Shown here piece by piece: positions 1-13,226 of a stretch of 35,759 bases of DNA. The first letter of the stretch is position 1. Every line of letters begins with the position of its first letter. The notes below the pieces were generated by a model. That model was not told the DNA's origin, ran no database searches, and worked only from the letters and a program-made list of their open reading frames with translations. Position numbers and translations under genes: made by a program. The stretch is from Folioceros fuciformis. Lineage: Eukaryota. The stretch spans positions 161,211-196,969 of the forward strand of contig JBNGIO010006119.1 in the NCBI GenBank assembly GCA_049999805.1. Direction: 5' to 3'.

Positions 1-807
1 CCAGCAAAGACCTCCACTAAAATCCAAAATTTCCTCTTTTTGTTTTCCTTTTTATTTTATTTTCTCTATTTTCTATATGCACGGTGCGGTGATCTTTGCA
101 GAGGAGCAAATCCCGCCTCGCTTTATGCTTCTTTTCAATTTCGGTCTCCCTCCAAGGACTCGAGGGGCGCTCTGAAATTGCCGCTGAGGAGTTGGGCGTT
201 TTGGCGAGATAGTCTCACGGCTCACGCGCTCAAGAGAGCTTCATCTCTCACGCTCGGACTGTGTTTGGAGAGCTCGTTGGGAGCAAAGCAGGGCGCTGGG
301 TTTTTCATTCAAATCTTCCCCTCCCTACGCTCTCTTTCCTCAAGACGCCGTCAAGATGTCAGTCTCTGGGAGCATGCTAGAAGCTCCTCGTCAAGGGGTC
401 GGAATTGGGCACGGCCCCTAGTCGGGCCTGCAGTAGTGCCGTGGTCCTGCATTGTTTCAATCCTTAGCTTTCTGCTAGGGTCCTGGCCAAAGCAAGAAGC
501 AGTGGGAGAGTCAGTGAGTCTTTGTGCATGCATTTACTCACGTTCCGCGCTACCAGGAGATGACCTGTCGAGGAGACTGGCACTTCAATCTGGCTGTTGG
601 CCAGGTAGCTGCGAGGGTTGGAGCGGTGCAGAAGCAGGAACAGGTGCAAAGGATGGGGTCTGGTGTCAGGACGGTGCGGGGCCCTTGAGTAGGGAGGTTT
701 TACGGATTTGTGGCATGTTGCCTTCCGCAATGCTTGCTCTTTGTCCTTGGGGCAGCAACAGTATGTATTTCGAACAACGTGGCTGCGTGGAAGCTGGTGT
801 CTAGATT

Positions 808-3564
808 ATGGACGGGGAGGCTGTAGCGGATCTGGTGAAGCAGCTGGTTTCTAGGATATTTCCCCCCGCCAGCGATCAGGGGAATGGAGTCGGGAAGTTT
901 GGGGACGTGCAAGACAGTGCTTACAACTACGCCATGCGGATTATTGGCAGCAGAATTTCCCCTTCCCTTACCAAGGATGAGAATGCGATGGCCGAGGCAA
1001 TTAAGCGGAAGCTGGTTCTGGATAGAAGGTCCGGGGATGCCCTCACTTTTGCGGATTTGTATAGGAGATTAGTGTCGCAGAGTAGTGCTGGTGGTATAGA
1101 TAATCGTTGGGCGGTTCTCTACCTTCTGCAAGCAATTGCCGAGGATCAGAGCCGTGAAACTGCGGAAACCAGAGGGACGGCTGTCCCGTTCACCTCTACC
1201 TTGCTGGGCCCCGCTGCTTATGGAGGCCTACCAGCTCTGCACAACTCGCCTGCACCGCTAGGCAAGGGGAAGGCTGCCAATGGAGCACTCGACGCCCTTT
1301 CTGCCTCTAGGTCTTCCAGACCTTTCACCACGCAGCAGCGGAAGATGCCTGGCACGGACATATCCTTGGGCCATCGAGGAGGTGTCTTGATTTTGGCGAA
1401 AGATGCTGACAATGTGAGAGCCGCAGCTCTCAGAGAGTTTTTGGAGATACAGCAAGATGAGACCGACGTGACAGAGATGGCTCTTGTGCGAGATGTCCTG
1501 TTCGTGTGCCAAGGAATTGAAGGACGCTACATAAAGTATGACAAGGTGAATGATGGTTATGCAGTTGGTGATGCATTCAAGGTTCCTAAGGCAACTCGAA
1601 CCCTCGTTCGCCGGTTGTGTGAGGTAGGCTGGCTTTTCAAGCGAGTGAGAAATTACATCTCATCGAGTTCAGGCGATGGCATGCTAGAGGCGATTGGGAC
1701 GGTCGGACAGGCTTTTGTAGCCTCGCTTCAGGAAGAGATGTCCGACTACTATCGGTTGATGGCAGTGTTGGAGTCTCAGGCCCACAATCCAATTCCATCC
1801 ATGTCTGCTGGTGAGGGTGGGAACTACTTGTCACTGAGAAGGTTGTCAGTGTGGCTTGCAGAACCTCTTGTGAGAATGAGATCGATGGCAGTTCTAGTGG
1901 ATGACTGCAAGGCTCTGAGAGGTGGCGAAATGGCTGCGGCAATCCACATGCATGCACAACATGGTGATCCCTTGGTTCACAGCTTCATCAGGTCCATGTT
2001 GCGCCGAGTATGCTCCCCTCTATTTGAGATGGTGAGAAAATGGGTTCTGGAAGGGGAAGTCGATGATCCTCATGGGGAATTTTTTGTCGTGGCTCAAGCA
2101 GTGAAGGCAGAAGCATTGTGGCGTGATGGTTATCGCCTGCAAAGTTCCATGCTTCCATCATTCATTCCAGAACCACTTGCCCAACTTATCCTTAGAACAG
2201 GTAAGTCAATCAACTTCCTGAGAGTATGCTGTGAAGATCAAGATTGGGTAAAGGCTGCTGCTGATGCAGTGGCTGCTGCCGGGACATCAGCTGGTGGCGA
2301 AGGTCTTGGGTACGGTGAAACTGAAGCATTAGAAACTTTGGTGGTGGAGGCTGCAAGGAGGATTGATCAGCATCTGCTTCAGATAATGTTCAACCGTTAC
2401 AAATTTCGGGACCATTGTCTTGCTGTAAAACGGTATCTGCTGTTGGGTCAAGGTGACTTTATTCAGTATCTCATGGATCTGGTGGGTCTTGATTTGTCTC
2501 AACCAGCCAACACTGTGAGCTCCTTTCGGATCTCAGGTACTCTGGAGAGTGCAATTCGGGCGTCAAATGCACAATATGATGATGGGGATATCCTGGACAG
2601 GCTGCGTGTTAAAATGATGCCACACAATGCTGGGGATAGGGGTTGGGATGTGTTTTCCCTAGAATACAACACCAGGGATCCTCTCACCACAGTGTTCTCA
2701 GAGCTGGTTATGGCCAAGTATCTTCGCATCTTCAATTTTCTGTGGAGGTTGAAGAGAGTTGAGCATGCTCTGAGTGCAACATGGCAGACAATGAAGCCAA
2801 ATTGCGTAATAGCTCATCTTCGGTCCCCCAAAGATGGAGGTGGCAGGTCTCAGCTGGCAGCTGTTTTGAGGCGCTGCCAGACACTGAGGAATGAGATGAA
2901 TCACTTTGTGACCAACCTCCAATATTACATCATGTTTGAGGTGCTAGAGTACTCATGGTCAGATTTTTTGCAAGACATGGAGTCAGCTTGTGACCTTGAT
3001 GAGCTTATTGCAGCGCATGAGAAATATCTTGATTCGATCATTGAAAAGTCACTGCTTGGAGAGAGGTCCCAACTGTTATGCAAGACTCTGTTTTCTCTCT
3101 TTGACCTCATTCTTCGTTTCCGGGGACTAGCAGAGCGCCTGTACGAAAATGCCCGTGAACTCCAGACCAGGTGTGTGACAGCTCTTGGCTGCATCCTGAG
3201 AAGTAGTGTTTGTGTGGGTTCATCTGTTTCTAAGTAGTCCTGTTGGCGATTCTGCAGGGGAGAGTCGCAGGTCAAGAAAGAAGCCCAGGTGGGAAACAAG
3301 AAGGTGCGACCAGCTTCACCCTTTGTAATCAATGGGGACTTTTCTGCCAGTATAGGAGACGAAATGGATGGCATTGCAGTGGAGTACTCGTCGTTACTGG
3401 AGGGATTCATTGCACAACTCCCAGTGCAGCAGCATGTGGATCTTAGATTCCTTTCCTTCCGCCTTGATTTCTCGGAGTTCTACACACGGCAGCACATGAA
3501 TATGTCAACCACACCCCTGAAATTTAAAAGAACTCCTTTGCTGAAGACAGGAGCGTCTGTTTAA
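808..3564 (+). CDS. GCP3: Gamma-tubulin complex component 3 (Spc98/GCP3), ~889 aa, 2 exons (808-3170, 3258-3564)
   Basis: Spc97/98-family motifs LVRDVLFVCQGIEG, RYLLLGQGDFIQYLMD, GWDVFSLEY, NLQYYIMFEVLE and C-terminal LRFLSFRLDFSEFY. The intron GT3171...CAG3257 (phase 2) joins the 809-aa ORF in frame to the 3289-3564 ORF. Confidence 0.95.
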
Positions 3565-4625
3565 CTTTGGGGTTCCGGTTCTAGCACTTAGCATGCATTT
3601 CCTGTTGTCTACTTAGTTTTATTGCTCCTCTGGTTGTATGCCAGAAACTGAGCTCAAATCTTCCGTTGGCACCTTGGGGAAAGCGTTCGAAAAAGGCAGT
3701 CGCATTTTCACGACGGCTTCCACGAAACTTGTAGCTTATGATGGAGCTGATGCTTGCCTTCGAAATGCAGTTGGTGGTAGTTGTCGGCAAACACTTCATG
3801 GCTACAGCCCAAGTCCTCTCGTCCATTCAACACAGTGAGTGCACAGGGAACAACCACACCAAGACGTAGAGGTAGCAGCGCCGCCAACGGCATGGTCCCA
3901 TGAGGCTTGCGCTTTCGTCCGATCCCTGACCCGACGGCAGGTAGACAAATCCACGTGGGCACCGGCGCAAACTGTGGTATGAATGGTCAGTTTGACCACC
4001 TCGACATGCCGCACGGTAGCCGCACCAGTAGTTTAGATCCAAAGTTGAACTTCTGAAACGTTTGTCGTCCAGCTGGCCAGTCGTTTACTGTGGTGAAATC
4101 TGGGGGCAAGACGTCAGGCTCAATCCATGGCAACCGAGTCCGAGGTTGTGTCGGTTCACCGACGTTGCCTACCAAGTGGCCACTCCACTAACTCGCCGCA
4201 GAACTGCCGGCCAGGGACTTGAATTTGTCTGTCAAATGGTTATCTTGGATTCCATACGGCTGCTGGAATCGCCTGATCTGAGCGTGACCAGCTGTGAATG
4301 GAATCAGGAAGGTCAGGGTTTAGGGCTTATGTTTGCTCTTACTGATGGCTTCTGTTCAGCGAAAACACATCAGTGTGTGATGCCGAGGTCGTCAACCCCC
4401 TTCAGATTTGTCGAAGGGCCAGGATTGATTGCTGCCACGGTTGAGCGGTAGCGACATTTTTTCAGATGGGAAGGTGACACCGATGAGGCGCCTGTCGCGG
4501 TTGCAGAAACAAGTTGAAGGTGCAACAGCAAGATCGAAGTCGCATGGTGTCATTCCCTCAGTTTCTGAAGCGGAGATGTTCACTGGTTGTTGACCACCTT
4601 TGATTTGCAGCTTATTTTCACGAAC

Positions 4626-7600
4626 ATGGAGGAGGATGACAATGACATCGACTCGCTCTTTGAGGGGATGGATTTCGTCATGCCAGGATCGCCTGTCGGT
4701 GCGGAAAGTGGGCACTTTCGGGAGCTTTCAGGAGATGGAATGCCACCAGATCTCGTGCCTCCTGCGGTTTCTGCTCTGAATTCTGATCAGGTGAACCAGC
4801 TACCAGCACAGGTGTTGCTTCACTCTGAAGCTCCGGCATCAGACGCGTCTGCTTCCCAAACGTCGCCAAATGCGTCGTCGTCTCAGGGGGCTTTGATCCG
4901 AACTCCGAGTGAGCCTCTCGACGAGAACCTGTTCAGTGGCCTCAGCTTATCAGTGACTGATAACGTAACAGAGGATGTGTCTCTCTCGAGCTGTGCATTA
5001 TCGGGAACGGTCGACAATGTGACGGTTCCTGCGAGCAATGTTTTGTGGGATCATCCATCTTTCAATAGCCGTGGGGATAAGCCTCATGTCGAGAAGGAAG
5101 GAGTCAGATTTCAGAATATCATGGCAGCCTACGGTGATCTGCCTGCAACTCAACCGGCAGTGTCATCAGCTCCTACTCATGCTGTAAGGCCAGCTACCAT
5201 CAAGAGGAAGAAGCGAAGCTTGAAGATCGGTTATGGGAGAGAAGCTGAGGAGAATGAGGACGAGGCACACACAAAGGTGCCTGACAAGAGCAAAAGTGTG
5301 CTAACAAGTGACTCAAGTGCATCCGGACATGGTACGCGAGTACGTAGTATACGGCTGTTTTGAAATCCCTGGGCTGTGTGGGTGAACGTTGGTTGTGAAA
5401 CCGAGGGATTGAACTTGCCAAGGTAGTCAGGATTGCCAAATATGTTTCCAGCACCCTGGGAAAGGAAGTGGGTTTGGATGTCGTTGATATGATATCGTCC
5501 GTTAGGATTGAATAGTGAGGATCAGACATGTGGTATGGTGAAGGACGATTCTGAGGGAAGTTTACCATCGCGACGAGGGGCCCAAAATGTTTCCTTTCTA
5601 TCCATGTCGTTCCTTGTATTGACTCGCATATGGTTAGGACTGTACATGTTATACAGAGATTGTGGTAGTAATGTTGGTTTTTTGAGTTGTTGCAGGTTTG
5701 AATACGCACAGCAGAGAAAACCCAGTGCTTACACCTCAGATTCAATATGATTCAATAGATGAAACGTCTCAGGAGAAGGCAGTGGAAGTTATGCGTGGTC
5801 TGGGCCGGGGAACAGAGCTGCAATCGAAGTCGACCGAGCACGTCACGGTCTACGGTAGTGCGGATGCTGCAGTTGACCTTCCTCAGCAGGAGAAGTTAGA
5901 AAAGTTAGCAGCAATTTCCAGTGCTAATTCAGAGGACCAATTGGAAGCGGTAGAAACAGAAGCACAGACAGAAAATGACGTTGGGAATGAGGTGTCTAGT
6001 AGTGACATCGTTAAGAACATTGTTGCACACAGTGAAACAGAGGCTGAGGTGGATCTTCCTGTCAATGGAGAAGGTGGCGATACTGAAGACATTGTGGCTG
6101 GTGATCCACGTACCTTAGAAGGAAGGTTAGAAAACCTAAAAAGAGCCATCTCTGAGAAGCTGAAGGCATTGGACGGAAGGCGGACTGCTGCATTCTCTCG
6201 TAGAAAGGATGCAGTCCAAAACAAAAGGTTTATTGCTGGAGAAGTTTCTGCGTTAATTGCCAGATTGAAAGAGCTTGAATCAGAGCTGCAGTCTGCCTGT
6301 GAGAAGGAGGATTTTGAAAGTGCTGATATCCTCAGTGAAAGTGCTAAGGAGGCTGAAAACGCATTGGATAATGCATCCGAAGCTTTTAGGCTTGCAGAGG
6401 CAGCTTGCGATGCTGCAGCAGAGGGGCTCCAGAGTGTTCTTGATTTGCAGATGAAAATACAAGTCGAAGGAATCCACCTCCTGGACAGCTTGACGCAGGT
6501 ACGGTCTCTCAAACTGGTTTGCGCAATTCTTTTCTGTAATGAGATCTTGTCAAGTAGCCTTGAGTACGAGAAGCGTAAGGCACAGATGTTATGCCAATAA
6601 AGCTGTGCTCCAGAGCTGGGTCTGCATGATCTGTTTCAACTTTGGATAGTCCAATTTCCAGTTCCTTTTTTTTTTGAGACCAGGACGCACAAGAAGAATC
6701 GCAAAAATTGCGAGAGGCTGTAGAGCAAACTGCCGCTAAGGACACTGCTAGGCTGATAGCTGAGGAGAAGGCGTTGGAGATGAAAAAGAACAAGGCAATT
6801 TTGGAACAGAAGGTAACTGCGGAGGCTATGACTGAGCTAGACAGAGCTGTCATTGACTCCTCAGCAGAGGACGTGAAGCACAAGGCAATCTTGAAAGATA
6901 GACGGAAGCAACTGAATGAAGAGCTTGAGAACCTACGCTTGATGGTTAAGGCTAAAGAGGCGGAAATTGAAGATCTTGATCAAGACATTTCTCAAATTGA
7001 TGAGACAATCTCCACCATAGCTGCCAAGTTTGAAGTGCAAAGACAATATTTGAAGATGGAGGCAGAAGCTGTGTCAGTGATACTGTACGAGCTGCAGACT
7101 GAAAGCGAACAGCTGGATGCAGAGAGAAGGCAAGTCGAAGATCTTCGGTTAACTGTACAGGGAAGGGCCTCCGTGCTGTTAGACATTGCGAGTGCCGCTG
7201 CACTTGAGTCAACAGCAATGCAGCAAGCGGTAGAGCTTCGGGCAGCTGCTGCCAGGATCAGCCTTCTATGCAGGAAGAAAAAAGTGGAGTTGGCAGAGAA
7301 GGAGTTGTATGCATCAGAGAAATGTAAGGCACTTCGAGAAAATGCATCAGCTGCACGGGGTGCACTTCAGGTGCGTGTCATTGCTGCTCACCTGGATGCA
7401 ACACAGCTGTTGGTAGTTTGCGAGGTGCAGGACAGCTGATGTTGTATGCTTCCATTGCTCAACATTTGGTGTGTGTGAATATCACAAATGGGGTTGAAAA
7501 GCTGACCCTGCCTCATCTCTCCTGTGGTGCATGCTCAGGAATTGAGCTGTCTGAAGGAGAAACTGCAACAAGGATTTGCTGCTGCCAAGCAACAGGTTGC

Positions 7601-8243
7601 TTTTGCAGAGAAACGAGGCCCTGAGCTGGAGAGTGAAAAGCGACTTGCTGCCAGTTCCAGGAACTTCAAAGAAGCTGCTAGGTTGGCTGCGGAAGCAAAG
7701 ACCCTTATCAATGAAAGAATCACAGCTACGGGTGCCATGAATAAGATCGCAACTGAACTTCAAAAGGTCGAGGAGGAGGCAGAAGCTCGAGTAAGTGCTG
7801 TAAGTGATCTAGAGACAGCTTTATCAGCCACCGAGAGGGAAGCTGCAATGGCAAGGTGTGAGAGACTCAGGCTTATAGCTGCTGCAGCCAGGGACGAGAG
7901 TAAGTCTGTTTTGGAGCTCGAAGATTCTGCTGAAGCAGAGAGCTTGGATGCAGAAGCTGAAGCTTCAGACATAGAGGCAGATCAGCTTAAGAGAATGTAC
8001 AACTTGGAGGGGGACCAATTTGAAAAGTTGTCAAGTTTGCCTCTGAAAGGAAGTAGCCTTGACAGTGAGGGCATGGTAAAGGATATTGGCGATGTAACAG
8101 TGAATTCCTTAGCCACTGCAGAAGGAACACTGGCCGTCAGTGTGGTTGGAGATCCAGGATATCCTGAACTTACAGAATCTGAAGGTTTTGGGGATATTCA
8201 TGGTCACAAGACGAATTTGAAGTCATGTCTAGTTAGCTATTGA
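4626..8243 (+). CDS. Plant coiled-coil protein with UVR-like motifs (resembles Arabidopsis At5g25070 family from memory), ~966 aa, exons 4626-5331, 5696-6498, 6684-7370, 7539-8243
   Basis: Four long ORFs are joined by phase-compatible GT-AG introns. Acidic N-terminus MEEDDNDIDSLFEGM, long heptad-rich helices, and UVR-like ELQSACEKEDFESADILSE and AASSRNFKEAARLAAE. The family assignment is from recall, not a search. Confidence 0.8.
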
Positions 8244-8499
8244 AGTACATGTGAAACGCAAGCGATATTCTCAACATGCAGGCAGTAAACGCAACAGGAA
8301 GCAATATTTCAGACTGCATCGGTCTGACTTGAAGGTGGGTGGTCCATTTGGATTGAGTTCCTCCCAAATTGCAAGCTCAGAACGGTATAGTAAAAAGCGT
8401 TGGACGTTTCTGCTAGAGGAATCACTGTTTCTGATCAGCGTGATCACATACAGGGTACGTCATGCATTCATGTCCATGCTTATCACCTGTATCCTGTTT

Positions 8500-8599
8500 N
8501 NNNNNNNNNNNNNNNNNNNNNNNNNNNNNNNNNNNNNNNNNNNNNNNNNNNNNNNNNNNNNNNNNNNNNNNNNNNNNNNNNNNNNNNNNNNNNNNNNNN
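8500..8599. other. Assembly gap (100 N placeholder)
   Basis: Run of exactly 100 N in intergenic DNA; no overlap between the flanks seen. Confidence 0.99.
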
Positions 8600-9071
8600 G
8601 ACGTACAGCCGCCTGTAGGGTGACAGAACCGACGGTATATCCAAGGTTTGCAGTAACACGACTTGGGTGGAGTTTGCCTTAAAGCTGTTGTCTGTTGGCA
8701 TACTCTGGGCAAGATCATTAGCACACAGATTTTGCAGCTTCGCGAATGTCACCTCGCCTCACAGTACATCATCTGCGTCCGTATCTCACGTATGCGGGGT
8801 TGCTGTCAGCGGACAGCGCTCCTACTCGTCTGTAGATCTGACTGGGGGAAAACAAGCCCGATTTCTTTAAACATATTTGTTAAGTTACACGATTCGCACT
8901 TGTCCTTGGGCGGGAAATCGGTGGCAGCCCAGCCTGCGTAATCTAGCGCTTCTCAGCCGCTGGAGGCTTACTCGTCTGACTGGTTGGCGTTCCTTAACCC
9001 TTGATTTCGAATACCACGCCATTGCTTGCTCCAGAACCATCTCCCGCGCATCGTCCACCGTCATACGGAGC

Positions 9072-10644
9072 ATGCTCAAGGCGCTGGGCATCGATGAGAG
9101 CGACAGCGCTGGGAGCACAAAACTTAATTATGGACGCAACTTCGGTTGCCAGCATTACAGACTTCTGGAGGTGGACGAAGGGCTTCTCAAAGAAATATTG
9201 GACGGCAGGTAGAGCTCAATTCTGTGAACGTGATGGTCCCCTACAGTTTCCGTCACCTGATGATGTGCTTCTCTGCCAGAGTGTGTATCAAAGGAGCTTC
9301 AAATGAAGAGGCAGTACTTTGTAGCAGTTCCACCACTTATGCCGTCAAGTATGTCTCCACCTCCAACACAGTCTTACTGGTAGCTCCGGACGAGAGTGAT
9401 CGTCCCACTGAAACAGAGAATGGAGGTTATGGAGGACAGCATGGAGGTGTGTATGAGACCCCTCGGGAGATGCGGCTGCTCCTGGTAGCCGGATGGTAGT
9501 GGTCTCTCTGACATTGTGGATCCTTGAGCAGGGCACGGGAATGCCACTGTAGTAGCTACAATTGGTGGGTACGTCGAGCTCGTGGAAACAGCACCCAGGA
9601 CAGAGAAGCTGAAAATCCTGCTGACTCAGAATCCATACAAGGAAGAGCAAGATAACACAGAGACTGGTCATGTGGTTGATGGTACTCTACGAGATGAGGA
9701 TCTGGGCCTGTACAGTTGGGGTTATCTGTCGAGCAATGTACAGGCGAGTGACCAAGAGCTGGAAGGAGCCCTTAAGGAGCTCGGCGCTGTGCAGATAGGA
9801 AAACACTGGAGGACTTTGGAACCCCAGTTCATGAAGGGCATTCTCGAAGTTCTTCTTTTGAATGCTGCGTACCACGACTGGCCTTTCGATGGCCTCAAGG
9901 CGTCCGACGTTTTACCCATCATGGCGGCTGATGGTTTCCCTGAAAAGCTTGTCCGCCACTGCTTAGCCGTTTATGGAATAGAGGTGCGTATGCAGTTCCT
10001 GTCTGATGTCCCGCTCTGATAGCGTTCCATTGCAACCAAGCGTTGTCTCCTCCTGCGCAGATGCCAGGTATGCAAGAGGAAACATGGTTACTTGACCAAT
10101 CCAAAATTTGCATCCAGTACGCGAGAGAGCTCCTATTAGACAACCCAAGGTGACGGTCGAGGCTCTGTACTGATGGTGCTCACCAACTGTCACTGTGGCT
10201 CCTACGATTGATTTTAGATCCATTGCAGGTGGAAGTCTGAACAGTTCCTGGAAGAATGGCAACGGCGGTTGCCGCCTGCAATCAGGCCTACCTTGGAGAT
10301 GCTAGCGGGAGAGGCTTTGCTGGAAACTTTGGGGTCTCAGTCATGGGTGAGAGTTTTCAGTCGTTCTTCCCTCCCAGTCAAGCCTGCAGATCGATTTGCC
10401 GCACTGTTCAAAGAACAGCCAAGGTGGTTATGGGAAGATCTGCAGCACTATGTCAGGTTAGCATCTTCCCTTCGATAACTACTCGTTTCTGGCCTTCGTC
10501 CTTACCAAGTCATCTGACATTGGACCAAAATTCACGTGCAGCGATCTACGGGTTCCAGGACTATCAATAGAGGCAATGCTGCTCAAGTACACCAGAAAGA
10601 TCCAGCCGGATGCAGCCTCTCCGCCCGTTTACAGTGCAAGATAA
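9072..10644 (+). CDS. DCC1: Sister chromatid cohesion protein DCC1 (Ctf18-RFC subunit), 6 exons (9072-9208, 9280-9446, 9532-9983, 10061-10149, 10229-10456, 10542-10644)
   Basis: Motifs LLEVDEGLL, EEAVLCSSSTTYAVKYVSTSNTVLLV, VQASDQELEGALKELGAVQIGKHWR, LPVKPADRFAALFKEQPRW and terminal DLRVPGLSIEAMLLKYTR...YSAR*. All five introns are GT-AG and phase-consistent. The start codon is less certain. Confidence 0.92.
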
Positions 10645-10771
10645 ACAATTTCAACCAAAATTGGGGATAAGGAATTGCAAATTTTCTACCAGTCTATACG
10701 ACCCATGATCCTCCCCATTATTGCCCACTCTTTCATGACGTCCAGCATTACACATGATCGTGATCAACCTT

Positions 10772-12856
10772 CTACCACCCTTTGCCGATTAGCCATAACC
10801 AATCGAGTGTGGCGCCGAGGCACAAGCCGACAATGAGAAACAGAACCAAGATGTTTCCAATCGCGTTTTGTTCTGGGCCCTGAGTAAGTCGAAAACCAGC
10901 CAAAGTCAGTCATACCGGTAGGCATAACCTGGGACTATGGCGAACTACGTTGCAGTCACTCCGGGATGTGCTGCAACGTCGGGGGGTTATACGTACCGTG
11001 TACCCTTGGGGTGCATTGACGAACACGCAGACTGTGAAGTACCCGTTTGTCAAGCCCAGAATTATCGTGAGCATTAGCATCCACCCTTGAGTGCCATACT
11101 TGGCAGCGAAATAAAAGGCAGGGATCAGAAGAAGCCGACTCAGACAAGCTGTCATGAGAAGGCGCCGTGATTTCAACATCAACGCATGACACAGGGGAAC
11201 ATATCGGCCCAGCAGGTCCCCCACGTTGTACAGCGCAATCAAGGTGATAGCATACCTGATTAAAGACAAGCCATCCCTCAAACTTACAGCAAAATAACCG
11301 TTTCAGATACAGCTCGAACATACGATGCAGAAAGAAAGATGACCAAAATGGGGCGTTAGCTACCAAGAGCCCAGTCGATGCCTGCCAGTGTCCTCAGACA
11401 GGAATCCCGGAAAGATGGACAGGGTAAGCACGTAAATGAGCAGAACATCAACGACGTAGTCAATGTTTTGCTTCATGAGCTGCATATTATTCAAGCGTGC
11501 AGGATATTTGGGAGTTTCTCCATCCTATAGATGCCAGCCAAGAAAGAGTTTGCAATTAGTTGACCCAATTTACAGAAATCTGAAGCACAGGCAAGGGTTC
11601 GCAATGTACTTGGCCAATCGCTTCTGCAGCAATTCCGCCTGCAGTTAAATCAGCTGCTACTGTCTTCGAGCCTTCAGAAGAAGCCTTTAACCGATACTGC
11701 TTCACAATCTCAAGTCGAGGGAAAACACTGGCGTATAAAATAATGCACATGAATTCAAAGAAGGCCGACACAAAAAAAAATATTACTGCACAGCACGAAA
11801 CACTCGTCACTTATCAGGGCGGTGAGACGTGGCCACTGTCCGGGGTCAACAGATTCAGTAGTGAAAACATAGGACAGAGTTCAACTCACGAGCGCCTTTT
11901 CTGAGACCATGTTTTGTGTTTTCAAAAGCTGCTTTAGTTATCATCCGTAAACCTGAAGTTACCGCGCCTGAAGCAGCCAAACCTGCTGAATAAGACTGGT
12001 TGAAACGCGTGTCACGACAACCAGTGTCCTCGTCAATATCGTAACCCGAGACAAACAATATTCGCGAGCTTCTCTATCTTTCCCCATGCACACAGCAGTC
12101 TTCAGCTCACCTGGATGAAGTCCGGTGCCATAAAGGAAAGATCACCATACATCCCTCCTTGCACATGCGCATCGGCTATCCCGAACCCTGCGATAATGAT
12201 ACATGTCCCGACATAAGGACCGATGCCACCACGTCCCGAAGTGGCGAGGTCCAGCTGTTCCACGAAGATGAGTTAGATAACAAGTTGAGTGACAAGATTC
12301 CCACACATGTTCTTCAGGCTTCAATACTTACCACCGGTATTAGCAAAATCAACAGGAAGAAGGAGGAGAAGCCAAACAGGATGCGGAATCGCGTGTTCAC
12401 TCTAGCTTCATGATATGTGAGTATGGAGATGGTAGCAAGTGCAAAAGGCACGTACACCAGAGTGAAGACCCGCGATGGGTGATATTTCTGCAAAAAGCAT
12501 GCCCCCCAAAAGAAGCTGCTCGTCAAGTGATCTGAACCAAATTGCTACTCAAACGCAACACTCTTATCTCTCTGTCTCCGCAACGGGAATGACAAACTTA
12601 CAGGGAATACGAAGGCAAAATAATCCTCGACTGTGAGCATGCTGTTCCATGAGAAAAGAGTCCCGTTCCCCAACAGCCAACAAACAAAGTACGCCGCCCA
12701 CCTCCCCTGCAAATTGATACGTCACAAGCCGCATCCAAGCGAGAATACTACGATTCAGTCAAGACAGGGTCTCACCCTTGTGGAGGCCGTGGGAGCTCTC
12801 AAATCCCTTGCTTCTTTCGGAGCACCCAAGGCCAAGGAACTGGGCGACTCAGGCAT
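10772..12856 (-). CDS. Equilibrative nucleoside transporter (ENT3-like clade), multi-exon
   Basis: Spliced peptides VCWLLGNGTLFSWNSMLTVEDYF, YHPSRVFTLVY, GLAASGAVTSGLRMITKA, LSIFPGFLSEDTG, LYNVGDLLGRY, LGLTNGY and GPEQNAIGN...LDWLWLIGKGW* (stop 10772-10774). First exon 12776-12856. Confidence 0.93.
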
Positions 12857-13048
12857 GGCTGCCCAACAACGTCAGTCAGACAGCCAGAAGCTAAACTGGG
12901 CGCGCTCAGGTTGCAAGTACAAGCATGTCGTGGTCATGGAAACAATCATGGAACTGCCTCTCACTACAACAAATGAGCAAACTGGTGAGAGGTCTTTCCA
13001 CCGAGACAGCTGGGTCAGGTAAGCGACAGCCGCCTCAGCAGTGCGGAG

Positions 13049-13220
13049 GTGCGTGGCTGTCAGTGAAGTCTGTCATGCAAAAGCACAAATTTCACCTGCT
13101 CGACTGCTCCATTCAGTCCGGACTATCTCGATGGCGCGTGCACGGCTGTCTGCAAGCCGGTCATGCAGAGAACAGATTCCAGCTGCTTGACTGGTCAAGC
13201 CAGCCTGGACTATCTCGATG
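13049..13220. repeat. Degenerate tandem duplication (~88-bp unit, 2 copies) between the PPR stop and the ENT start
   Basis: Shared blocks GTGC..GGCTGTC, GTCATGCA and identical GGACTATCTCGATGG occur ~87-89 bp apart. Confidence 0.7.
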
Positions 13221-13226
13221 GACACT

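Noticed and set aside
40..804. 254-aa ORF immediately upstream of GCP3
   Set aside because: TTG start in a T-rich tract, Cys/Ser/Trp-rich random-like composition and no motif. More likely the promoter/5'UTR of GCP3.
8422..8752. ORFs spanning the first N-gap
   Set aside because: Artefacts of translating through 100 placeholder Ns.
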